From Paraphysomonas bandaiensis (taxonomy: Eukaryota > Protista > Chrysophyceae): a DNA stretch of 64,000 nt. Positions 1-14,181 of this stretch are shown in pieces. A program made the position numbers and the translations under genes. The notes below the pieces were generated by a model, which worked only from the letters and a program-made list of their open reading frames with translations, was not told the origin of the DNA and did no database searches. The stretch spans positions 1-64,000 of the forward strand of contig CBFFRP010000091.1 of the NCBI GenBank assembly GCA_965644295.1, in the 5' to 3' direction. How positions within the stretch are numbered: position 1 is the first letter of the stretch; each line of letters starts with the position of its first letter.

Positions 1-2250
1 AGGGACAGATGTCGGTACCGACGTAGGAACCGACGTAGGAACGGACGATGGCATAGAGGTCGGTACAGATGTTGGAACAGAAGTGGGAACAGATGTAGGC
101 AATGAGGTTGGCATAGAGGTAGGAACAGAAGTGGGAACGGATGTTGGTAATGATGTAGGAATAGAAGTGGGAACAGATGTCGGTATGGACGATGGTATGG
201 AGGTAGGGGTGGAGGTGGGAATCGAGGTAGGGACAGATGTCGGTACTGACGTAGGAACGGACGATGGCATAGAGGTCGGTAAAGATGTTGGAACGGATGT
301 TGGTATCGAGGTAGGCAATGAGGTTGGCATAGAGGTAGGAACAGAAGTGGGAACGGATGTTGGTAATGATGTAGGAATAGAAGTAGGAACAGATGTCGGT
401 ATGGACGATGGTATGGAGGTAGGGGTGGAGGTAGGGACAGATGTCGGTACCGACGTAGGAACCGACGTAGGAACGGACGATGGCATAGAGGTCGGTACAG
501 ATGTTGGAACAGAAGTGGGAACAGATGTAGGCAATGAGGTTGGCATAGAGGTAGGAACAGAAGTGGGAACGGATGTTGGTAATGATGTAGGAATAGAAGT
601 GGGAACAGATGTCGGTATGGACGATGGTATGGAGGTAGGGGTGGAGGTGGGAATCGAGGTAGGGACAGATGTCGGTACTGACGTAGGAACGGACGATGGC
701 ATAGAGGTCGGTACAGATGTTGGAACAGATGTTGGTAATGATGTCGGAGCAGAAGTGGGAACAGATGTAGGCATTGCTGTTGGTGACGACGAAGGGGTAG
801 AGGTAGGAATAGTAGTGGGAACAGATGTCGGTATGGACGATGGTATGGAGGTAGGGGTGGAGGTGGGAATCGAGGTAGGGACAGATGTCGGTACTGACGT
901 AGGAACGGACGATGGCATAGAGGTCGGTAAAGAGGTTGGAACGGATGTTGGTATCGATGTAGGAACAGAAGTGGGAACAGATGTCGGTATAGACGTCGGA
1001 ATAGATGACGGTGCGGAGGTTGGTATTGACGATGGTGTTGACGTTGGTACGGAGGTAGGGGTGGAAGTAGGTAGAGACGTTGGTACGGAGGTGGGGGTAG
1101 ATGTTGGTACAGACGTAGGAGTAGATGTAGGAAGAGATGTAGGAAGAGATGTAGGAACTGAGGTAGGGACAGAAGTGGGGATAGAGGAAGGAGCAGATGT
1201 AGGTACGGAGGTAGGGACGGAAGTGGGCACAGACGTCGGAAGAGTTGATGGCACAGAAGTCGGGAGAGAGGTAGGAAAAGATGATGGGACAGAGGAGGGT
1301 ATAGAGGTGGGAACAGCTGTTGGAATAGAAGTTGGGACAGAAGAGGGTAAAGACGTAGGGACTGAAGTGGGCATAGATGTGGGGCTAGATGTAGGAACAG
1401 AAGTGGGAACAGATGAAGGTATTGAGGTTGGCACGGACGTGGGAACTGAAGTTGGAACAGATGTTGGTATTGAGGTTGGAATACCTGTCGGAGAAGATGT
1501 AGGAACTGAGGTAGGAATTGATGTCGGAATGGAAGTCGGCACTGAGGTAGGAACAGATGTTGGAATGGATGTTGGTGTCGCCGTGGGTATAGAACTGGGG
1601 GGCGACGTCGGCACAGATGTCGGTACTGCCGTCGGAACAGACGTTGGAACCGCTGTTGGAACTGACGAGGGTAAGGAAGTAGGTATTGATGTTGGAACCG
1701 ATGTCGGGACCGATGTCGGAATAGACGTTGGCAGTGAAGTGGGTGTCGACGTTGGAACCGATGATGGTACAGATGTGGGCAACGAAGTCGGATATGAAGT
1801 AGGAATGGAAGTAGGTAAAGAACTTGGGGTGGATGTAGGGACTGATGATGGCAAAGAGGTTGGTATGGATGTAGGCATTGAAGTTGGTGTGGATGTAGGT
1901 ACAGATGTTGGTACGGAAGAAGGGACGGCGGTTGGGATTGTCGTAGGAACAGCAGTGGGCACACACGTGGGCATCGAAGACGGTATAGACGTGGGAACAG
2001 ATGTCGGAATCGAAGTTGGTACCGATGTTGGAACTGTGGTGGGAACACAAGTGGGAATCGACGTCGGGACAGAAGTAGGAACAGTTGTAGGAACTGACGT
2101 GGGAACACAAGTGGGAACAGACGTGGGTATGCAAGTGGGTAAAGACGTTGGTACTGAGGTTGGAACAAAAGTAGGAGATGACGTCGGTATTCCTGTCGGT
2201 ACCGAAGTGGGGATTGACGACGGCGTGTAGGTGGGGACAGTGGAAGGAGA
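1..2250. repeat. Coding 12-bp-period tandem repeat with higher-order duplications
   Basis: GGNACNGANGTN-type units throughout; 1-281 is repeated exactly at 433-713. Confidence 0.9.
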
Positions 2251-2481
2251 AGAAGTTGGTATAAACACCTGGCTGCACGTACAGCTCCACTCCCCCTCAC
2301 CCTCCGGAGAGCTATCAGTGTTTTGATTACTATCCAGCTGCTCTTTTATTTCAATGTATGTCCCACTCGCAGAGTAACTATTTGAAAGAATCGACACGGA
2401 CGCTCCATCAGTGTCATGTACTCCTACACAGAGCAGTGTGACCGTCAAGATAACGCTATCAATAGCAGATAAGCGGAGCAT
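1..2481 (-). CDS. Secreted/surface PT-repeat (PTSxPT) mucin-like protein, C-terminus runs off the window
   Basis: Minus-strand frame from ATG at 2481 reads MLRLSAIDSVILTVTLLCVGVHD (signal-peptide-like), then hundreds of PTSV/PTSI/PSSV units. No stop seen before position 1. Absent from the ORF track because it has no stop in the window. Confidence 0.85.
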   Translation of the reverse strand, partial: MLRLSAIDSVILTVTLLCVGVHDTDGASVSILSNSYSASGTYIEIKEQLDSNQNTDSSPEGEGEWSCTCSQVFIPTSSPSTVPTYTPSSIPTSVPTGIPTSSPTFVPTSVPTSLPTCIPTSVPTCVPTSVPTTVPTSVPTSIPTCVPTTVPTSVPTSIPTSVPTSIPSSMPTCVPTAVPTTIPTAVPSSVPTSVPTSTPTSMPTSIPTSLPSSVPTSTPSSLPTSIPTSYPTSLPTSVPSSVPTSTPTSLPTSIPTSVPTSVPTSIPTSLPSSVPTAVPTSVPTAVPTSVPTSPPSSIPTATPTSIPTSVPTSVPTSIPTSIPTSVPTSSPTGIPTSIPTSVPTSVPTSVPTSIPSSVPTSVPTSSPTSMPTSVPTSLPSSVPTSIPTAVPTSIPSSVPSSFPTSLPTSVPSTLPTSVPTSVPTSVPTSAPSSIPTSVPTSVPTSLPTSLPTSTPTSVPTSTPTSVPTSLPTSTPTSVPTSTPSSIPTSAPSSIPTSIPTSVPTSVPTSIPTSVPTSLPTSMPSSVPTSVPTSVPTSIPTSTPTSIPSSIPTSVPTTIPTSTPSSSPTAMPTSVPTSAPTSLPTSVPTSVPTSMPSSVPTSVPTSVPTSIPTSTPTSIPSSIPTSVPTSIPTSLPTSVPTSVPTSMPTSLPTSVPTSVPTSVPTSMPSSVPTSVPTSVPTSVPTSTPTSIPSSIPTSVPTSIPTSLPTSVPTSVPTSMPTSLPTSIPTSVPTSLPTSMPSSVPTSVPTSVPTSIPTSTPTSIPSSIPTSVPTSIPTSLPTSVPTSVPTSMPTSLPTSVPTSVPTSVPTSMPSSVPTSVPTSVPTSVP

Positions 2482-3326
2482 TAGCAGGCAATATATATGT
2501 GGCCTGAATGTAGAGAGATGTTTGTCTCGCTATTGCGAACAATCACGATTATTGTACAGAGGGTAGACAGAAGTATAAGTATGTATCTATATTATATCCA
2601 TGAGCGGCCATCCAACTCTATAGTCCACCATACGACATATACACATACAGCAGTATCCACAGCTACATACAGCAGTATCTCTACTAGTTATACCATATAG
2701 CTGTATGCTATAGCAACACCCACTAGGACGTACAAACAGAACACTTCCACACTTCAAGATACTGTGGATCCAATCCAGCGTCGGATGGGATCATATCCAT
2801 ATGGATATTGCAGTGACGACTGGGTGCGTGTCCAGTGGAAGTGTGAACTTCCCTCACCCTCCACCCACAGACACCGCCCACAACAATCCCCCTGTATACC
2901 ATCGTATACCATGCATAATACAGAATTTAGTCGAAACTCCAATTATCTGCATAATTAACCTACAGGAAATGCAGGACAACAAGGAAATGTGGGTTTTTAG
3001 GATATTGTATGCAGAAAAGAGCAGAGGGATTCTTTATGCACGATGAGCTATACTTTATTTCTTCTGTACTGTATTGTGCGTGCAGTATACCGGTATGGTA
3101 TACCATGCACATAATCATCCCCTTAAAACAGCAGTGCATATGTATGTATACACACATATCCCTCCGTGTATTTATGTTCATGTGCTAAAGCTATCCCATA
3201 AGGAAGCTGGCTGCTTGAGCTACAGCATATCGTAGTTACAGGTACCTCATAAGCGGAATGAGTGATATCGTCAGTTCTATTTAATATTCCCGTTCTTGTT
3301 ACTGATATTCATTAGCGTTATCTGAT

Positions 3327-6982
<3,656 letters not shown>

Positions 6983-7716
6983 ACACATGGTATTGTACAT
7001 GCTCCAGCACATTTGTTCATATCGAATCGACACTTTGATCTTTTTGGATGCAATGTTGATGCCAATGGCGGAGTGCACTGTTGACTGGAGTGAAGTAATA
7101 ATAATATAAGTAATCATAGTAGGCGCAGTATATATTGTAATGCGTTTAGTCGAGTATGTGGTATGTGGTCACGAACTACACATCATACAAGAAGTGGTCA
7201 TTTCCGGCCGAAATGCTACTGTTCATATAATTTTATTAAATCACTCATGGTAATATATATGCAAGCCAGTTGATGAAAACTAAGAGATGTAAAATTTTCT
7301 TACAATTCAAAAATTCACTCAGAATTCGTTAAAATTGGTGGTAATGTACTTTGGGCCCAAATTCAATTAATTATTACATCACAGTTAACTCTCTACTATG
7401 TTATGGTTTAGTTTAAAAAGTTAAACAAGTAGTATAATTAATAAGATACAATGAAGTAACACACCACTATGTAAAGGTGAGATGTGAAATATACTCATGA
7501 TTCCTGTTTGATAAGAAATAAAGCATCAGCACTTCTAATTTCGAGAACAGTTTGATTGGTATATTTTATATCAATACGAATTCCACACAGGCATTGTTAG
7601 AATTGGACATTACACTGAAGTTAACCTTGCTTTGTTGCACAAGTACATTAACAGATGTTTCTGAGGACAGCTGTACCAGATGCTACATGAATATGTTTGT
7701 GTAGTCTTGAGATTAG

Positions 7717-7954
7717 TCATATTGAAAGTCTCATTATTAGCAATATAGGCGTCAAAAATCATCACTAGTTTAGTAGCTAGAAGAAAACTAGTCAACCTAG
7801 ATAGGCGTCTCCCTGTAACTAACTATAGTACAAACTCTATTATCCTACTATTTAACGCTACGGAGGCTGCTTGTGCTTCACCACAAGCACCAAGATGCAA
7901 CCACTGCGCTCTATCACTCAAAGCAAACGCCGTGAGCAAGCAGAATTTTGATAT
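7717..7954 (-). repeat. Dispersed repeat family A, partial copy
   Basis: Shares ATTATTAGCAATA(T)AGGCGT and TCCTACTATTTAACGCTA..GCTGCTTGTGC..CACC.CAAGCACCAAG with the copies at 8.4k, 21k, 44-46k and 63k. Confidence 0.8.
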
Positions 7955-7979
7955 CCTGTCCCTAAGCACGACGTGATCC

Positions 7980-8390
7980 TATCCCTGAAAGGAGTGAGGG
8001 CCACTGCTCCCAATCGCCTTCAGCATGAGCTGTGGCATTTGAACTCTCAAATATAATGCTTGAAGTATTGCTGTGCAGACTGTGTTTCGAATACAGACCA
8101 CTTGCATTGATGTCATTCTGGTCTTTGATATCGGCCAAAGGACCGAATATATTTTGCAGTGCATTTGAAAGTTGATTCATCATTGCCCGTTGCGTAGCCT
8201 TGTGTAGTATAATATAACAATAGCGCCGTTAAACTGTCAATATCATAATTAATAAAAAATATCTTCTTTCTCAAACAGAACGTTGAGGTTGCATGTCTAT
8301 ATATTCTTATATTCCCAGTGCGGATGTGAATGTTCTGTTGAACCCAAGTCAGGATAAGAAAATACATTGCTTTTTTAGACCAATACTTCT
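7980..8390. repeat. Dispersed repeat family B, degenerate copy
   Basis: AACTGTCAATATCATAATT, TGAGGTTGCATGTCTATAT and GTTCTGTTGAACCCA resemble 46.6k (same strand) and 56k/62k (opposite strand). Confidence 0.6.
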
Positions 8391-8427
8391 GAGCTATGTT
8401 AGATAAGAATGCGTTTTATTTAATGCA

Positions 8428-8797
8428 TAGTGGTGAATGACTGATTATTAGCAATAGGCGTGTAAGAGTTAGAACTAATGTAGCAAAACATTTTAACTAA
8501 CTAGTGCTTAACTCTTATGTCATACTATATTTAGAATTTAGATATTTAGAGCTACGAAAGCTGCTTGTGCGTCACCGCAAGTACCACGGTGTTATCACTG
8601 CGCTCTATCACTCAAAGCAAACGCCGTGAGCAAAGCAGAATTTTGATATACCTCACATCTGTTGACATCAGGATTTTTCAGTCCTTAAGGTCAACATCTA
8701 CTGACTACATATGCGGCTCACATTAGTTTCCTGGAGAAATATCTCCGGTGCTTATCCCCAGAACTCCACAAAAAGTGCGAGCCCGACTTTGTTGAAG
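8428..8797 (-). repeat. Dispersed repeat family A, internally deleted copy with both ends
   Basis: Has the GTGAATGACTGATTATTAGCAATAGGCGTGTAAGAG end and the GTGCGAGCCCGACTTTGTTGAAG end. Confidence 0.8.
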
Positions 8798-9424
8798 GAA
8801 AATGATTCATACAACGATATCATACGGACAAGAAGGAAGTGAAGCAATGTCGCTTGGGCCGCGTAGGCCTTCTTCCTGAGCCAGTAAGGCTCTCGAATCG
8901 TAATAATTACATAAAAACTTAGAGTGATAAGGATATTACGACATGGACAGCCTTTCTGGCTCAAGAAGAAGCCTAAAAAGCAGCTCAAGCAACCATTGCC
9001 TTTCTTCCTTCTTGTGTGTATCATGTTCGCAGTTAGGTGCTGGCTATCTAGAAAGTAAACTAATTTTATTGTCTTTCTCTTCATTAAATTCTCCTTCATC
9101 TGCAGGTATATCATTTATATTAAGAAACGTTGCACTTATGTGCTTCTCTAGTGTGGTTCAGTTATTCTTCTCAACCATCGAAATCTTCGTTACTGATGAT
9201 AATTACAATGGAATAAGTCAACTTAAAACAATTAATTTAATTGGCCTGTTAAATATCGCATATCACTGTTTTTGCTGTTGATTAAAAATGGCGAGCCGTA
9301 ACTAATTTGGTCCAATAGTTGCCCGGTGTAAGCAGGAATATTAGTTGTAAGTACTATAACTGTTTCTACCTGCTTAATTACCAAATACTCCCGAAGTGTT
9401 GTTATCCTACTGGCTACACATTTC

Positions 9425-11444
9425 TCACTTGAACCTTGATTTTTTTCTATCATTTTTAGTATTTGTTGTGTTCTTTTTTCTCTTCACAACTCTTTTACTG
9501 GTGGAACTCTCCGAGGTATTATTAGTCTCCACCGTAGTTATTGGTCTAAACGCATCCACCAGCAATTGTACAGACGATTCGTCCAGTGGATACTTACGCT
9601 TGGCTTTTGATGTCTGATCAAAACTATAAGTTCAGATATGTGCAGGTGTGAATGCTTGGTACGCAGGTCTATGCGCTATCACCAGTACAAATGCAAGTAC
9701 TATTGTGTGGCAGCAATACACTGACTATACCTGCAGAAAAAATATTGACGTATCTTGAGATGAGACTCGGTGCTGGTTTTTCTTCGCGTGTTGAGCACCC
9801 TGAAATAAAATGTTACGATGGATATATAACTTCGTGCACGTTGCTCTATTATAGTGTGCTGTATAATGCTGCGACTTGATACGAGTATACACACCTCCAT
9901 ATAACCATGTTGACTAGCTTCCAATCTCAATGACTTCGAAAGGAATTGTGACTCCGCGATTTCTGTCCACGCATTGCGCTTGGTAACTCTGTTAGCACTT
10001 TCCTCTCTATAAAAGGTCACGAGCTCTTCCGGATCCGAACTTTCTGCCTCTTCCCAGTATGGCATTATGATTACAAACATCAGTACCTTACGTCTTTCCT
10101 CTGCAGTGGCCAATAGGCCGTGCATGCGAGCGTACATGTTGTGAACTATAAGAGGATCAAATGGAGGATTCGCTTCGTAACATCCATGCGTAGGTGTGAA
10201 TGAGTCAAAAGAACCAACACTACCAAACACAGTATCTGTATCCGGAAAGGCTGAGCAGTATGTATAAGCTAAATCTTGGCCTGCTATGACATCATCTATT
10301 ACTGCTACACATATGAACGCGAATTGTAAATACTGGCCAATGCAACTGTGAGATATATCACTACGAAAGAGCACATATAATCAACGGAAATATAACACAA
10401 AACCACGAGATATCGCATCTTATACATCATCATAGACTACAACCCATATACACCCCCTGTGACCTGGATAGTAGCAATTCATTGGCGACGCAAAACATTC
10501 CCCCTTAACCCCGAATTTAGAGACCAGTACATCCATACACCGAGGGTGGATAGCTGCCTGATTGCCACCAGCCTGGTAACAAGCTCCTTGAGCTGTAAAA
10601 ATAGATTAACTACATACTTACACTACAAGTTGAAGCAATATAATATTAGTACAAAACAACAGAGTATACCGCAGATAACGTCTACAGATACAGTGGCCAT
10701 GCATTAAACTTCACGGTCGATTATATTTTGACGAAGGAGTACACGCACCTGAGGAGTATCGCACGAGAAGCTTAAACATGTTGCTAAGCAACTTAGTACG
10801 CTCCCCCCCAGCGTTTTTGTGCAGCATATCCAACTTCCTGTAACTGTCGCTATTTATTTCCACTGCCGTATCCTTATATGTCAGTCGGATTTTGGTATCA
10901 CCATTGGGTAGTTGTATCGTAGACTGCTTAACGATACTGTACTTCACATCTAATGATAGCTCAGATATCTTACGTGATAAAAAGGTAGATTTTTCTCCAA
11001 TTGTACGACAAATGGCTGCAGCATTCTCCACCGTGGCCCCATTCTTTACTAACTTTCGACAGAGTTCATAATCCACAGTGCACGCTGGAGTATCTGGTAG
11101 GACACTATCTGTATTCGAAGCTCCTGAAATTGCTCGCTGATGCCATAGCCACGACTCAAAGTGCTAATCGTATGTATTTAATATAAGAGATGAGCATATA
11201 CGCAGTGCACCGCAGTCACCTTATACCACCTCTTGGGGTTAAAGTATGGAGTACACAGCTCCTGAAACACTCCACTCAAACTACTAACCGCCTTATGTCT
11301 TGCTGCCTCTATTTCGACGTATCTGATTGGAGGAGGCTCTGTGTTGGACAGAGACAGAGACAGCTGAGGCACGAGAGGGCCGCTGGTGCCGTACATCTCA
11401 CTGGACATACTCATAAGGAGACCATCGATATCGTCAGAGGACAT
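9425..11444 (-). CDS. PCIF1/CAPAM-like cap-specific adenosine N6-methyltransferase domain protein, multi-exon
   Basis: Exons encode GGNQAAIHP..MDVL...GVKGECFASPMN, YCSAFPDTDTVFGSVGSF and catalytic-type YEANPPF. Lys-rich C-terminus; stop at 9425-9427. Confidence 0.85.
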
Positions 11445-11843
11445 GATGATAGAGGGGGGGTGATGGCGATGTATGTGTACAGTGCTGTGAGGTGTGTGTA
11501 TAGACAGCTACAGCGTGTTGTGTTGTGAGGGTCTGTCCTTTAAGAGCATGTTGTTCTGCTGTCTCACTGCTCTGTACCATGCACAGTGGACGTACTGTGT
11601 GCTATGTGTACCAAGTGAAGGAGTGGAGTACAGCGGTACATCTCTTCTAGCAGTACTGTACTAGTGAGCAGTACACATATGTAGCACCAGAGCAAGTATA
11701 CACAATATACAGCAGTACAGTACAGTAGTACAAGAGACATAGCAGTACATTCGATGAGAAGTCCGCCGGTGAGTGTTCCACACACTTAACACACGCATCG
11801 TCTTGACCCTCATCCACTAGTGCCCCATCTATCGTATCTAACC
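11445..11843. promoter_or_regulatory. Putative bidirectional promoter between the PCIF1-like gene and the PDF-HutF gene
   Basis: 399-bp gap between divergent start codons, rich in GTAC/CAGTA and containing one GTATAC, like other upstream regions in the window. Confidence 0.5.
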
Positions 11844-14181
11844 ATGCCCATTCGATCGATTAAAACCCTGGGGTCTCCCGTCCTTCGAGTGGCGGCTAAC
11901 AGCGTCCCCAAGTCGATGTTTGGCCCTCAGCTGAATAGTCTGGTGCAGGATATGATCGACACTATGAAACACGCCAATGGGGCAGGAATTGCAGCCCCTC
12001 AAATAGGCGAACCATGGCGGGTGTTTGTGGTTCATGGGACGGGAAACAATCCCCGATACCCGTACAAACCAGCCATACCGCTAACCGTCTTTGTCAATCC
12101 AGAAATAGAAGTGCTAGACCCCACCCCTATGCATATGATAGAGGGATGCCTGAGTGTACCTGGAATGAGAGGTAAGGTGTCCCGTGCTGCTAAGGTTCGG
12201 TGTCGCGCTCTTCGTCCCGATGGAACTCCGTTTGTACTGAGGGCAGAAGGGCACGCTGCAGGCACACTGCAGCATGAGTTAGACCATTTGAATGGCACAT
12301 TGTTTCCTGATTTGGCCTCGTCGGACGGTTTAATGACGTGGGACTCCTTTGATGAGCATCATAAAAGTGATTTCTTTAAGTATGCTGCTGAGATTAATAG
12401 ACTGTACCCCACGCCGTTAACGTGGGAACTAGGTGGGCCAGAAGACAGTGGTAATGGAAATGTGGGATCAGCATTTGAACTCAATAAAAGTTCTCAAGTC
12501 GAAGTCAAGGATTCATCAAAAAGCACCACTTCAGCTACTTCTGGAAGAGCTTCACCTGTTGTAACTTATAAAGCTGATTTGACTTGGGTAAATAGTTCGT
12601 TTCAACCGAATGTTTACGTGACAGTCACCGATGGGAAAATTACTAATATCACCACTGACAAAGGGATAGGAAGTGATTCAGGTACTGTTTCGCAATATGG
12701 TAGAAGCAGAATGTGCCATGGGGTCTTGCATTCATGTTGGATATTCTTCATTATGTTTTTGTCTTTTGATATATGCATGTGTTGTAGATGTTGTTACACT
12801 ACCTGGCGTGGCTCTAACACCAGGCTTCGTCAACGCGCACAGCCATGCGTTTCAGAGAGCTTTGAGGGGTAGAGGGGAGACCTATCCCACGTCTAGCACA
12901 GGCGAAGCGAAGCCCTCTTTTTGGACTTGGAGAAATGCCATGTATAGTCTCGTGAACGACTTAGATTCAGTAGAAGCATTCAAGCAACAGACCAAACAAT
13001 GCTTTGTCGAAATGGCGAGCAGTGGTATTACCACTTGCGGAGAGTTTCACTACTTTCGCCATTCTAAATCTTCATCTGAAGAGGATTATGCGATGGACAA
13101 TGCGGTGGTCGAAGCTGCAAGGGAAGCCAATGTCCGGTTAGTTTTGCTCTCTGCTTGTTATCAGAGGGGTGGGTTTGACAACAGACCCTTGAATGAGAAC
13201 CAGCAGCGATTTAAGACGGCCAGTATGGACAGATATTTAAGTCAGCTAGACAATCTTTCGGTGTATATGGATGGTTCATTCGGTGAAGGAATAGGTATGC
13301 TCCTGTATATACTGTGCGAAATGTGAATGTGCTTTACATAACTCGTGAATAATACTGCCATTTAGGAATTGTTGTGCATTCTTTGAGAGCTGTTGACGTT
13401 CCCACGTTGCAAAAATTATCCAGAGAAGCTAATACACGAAAGATACCATTACACATACACATTGAAGAGCAGCCGCTGGAGATAGAGGATTGCCTTACGA
13501 CACACGGAGTGACCCCGATGAGACTTCTGTTGGATTCACTTCCCAGAGCAGAAATTCAGAATATATGTGCCGTACATTGCACCCACTCTGACTCCGCCGA
13601 TCTAAAGGAGTTCATAGAGGCAGGTGGAAAAGTGTGCATTTGCCCCCTCACAGAAGCCTCTCTTGGGGATGGGGTCTTCAAATCTCTTGAGTGTACTAAA
13701 GGGGTGGTTAGTCTGGGCTCAGATTGCAATGCTCGTATCGACATGTTTGAAGAGATGCGTTGGTTGGAGTACTCCCAGAGGTTGCAAAGGGGACAACGAG
13801 GAGTATTTGCATCTGTCTCTGAAAATGAGAAGGGAGAGTTGGCAAACCAGTTGTTCGCATGCGCAACAGAACATGGCGCCCATCACCTAGGTATATGGAG
13901 TATATAGTACATGATAAATAGCATTCCATGTTTTAAACTTCTTATTTTTATACAACCATGGTACTGGTTTAGAGCTTATTTGCCTCATAGGTGTCAATGC
14001 TGGCACTCTGGCTGTCGGAAAATGGGCAGACTTTTGCTTATTGAATCTATCTGCCCCTGCTCTGAAAGCTTCCACTGCTGGGGATCTTATGGGTGCAGCT
14101 GTGTTTGGAGGGAGTTCTGAGGGCCTTGTAGTTGATACTTGCGTAGCAGGAAAATGGACAAAAAAGCACTTGCAGCATTGA
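11844..14181 (+). CDS. Peptide deformylase - formiminoglutamate deiminase (HutF) fusion, exons 11844-12681, 12788-13294, 13366-13890, 13991-14181 (686 aa)
   Basis: PDF motifs GAGIAAPQ, EGCLS, QHELDH. HutF-type motifs PGFVNAHSHAFQRA, SFWTWR..MY, EFHY, HSLRAV, HIHIEEQ, TEASLGDG, GSD, EEMRWLEYSQRL. Three phase-1 GT-AG introns join the frames into 2061 nt ending in TGA. Confidence 0.9.

Noticed and set aside
83-2230. 715-aa GTDV-repeat ORF on the + strand (and the 301-aa minus ORF 1385-2290)
   Set aside because: Antisense and alternate-frame shadows of the PT-repeat gene. The real frame has an ATG, a signal-like N-terminus and Pro/Thr/Ser repeats.
1-2250. CRISPR-like array
   Set aside because: Degenerate 12-bp coding periodicity with no unique spacers and no cas genes, in a eukaryotic context.
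8800-9300. Short ORFs between repeat A and the PCIF1-like gene
   Set aside because: No recognisable motifs, and the most coding-like frame has stops. At best a decayed fragment.
11820-13907. PDF and HutF as separate operon-like genes, or bacterial contamination
   Set aside because: The ORF breaks coincide with canonical GT-AG introns that restore one frame, and the amidohydrolase begins inside the PDF exon. Flanking genes are eukaryotic.
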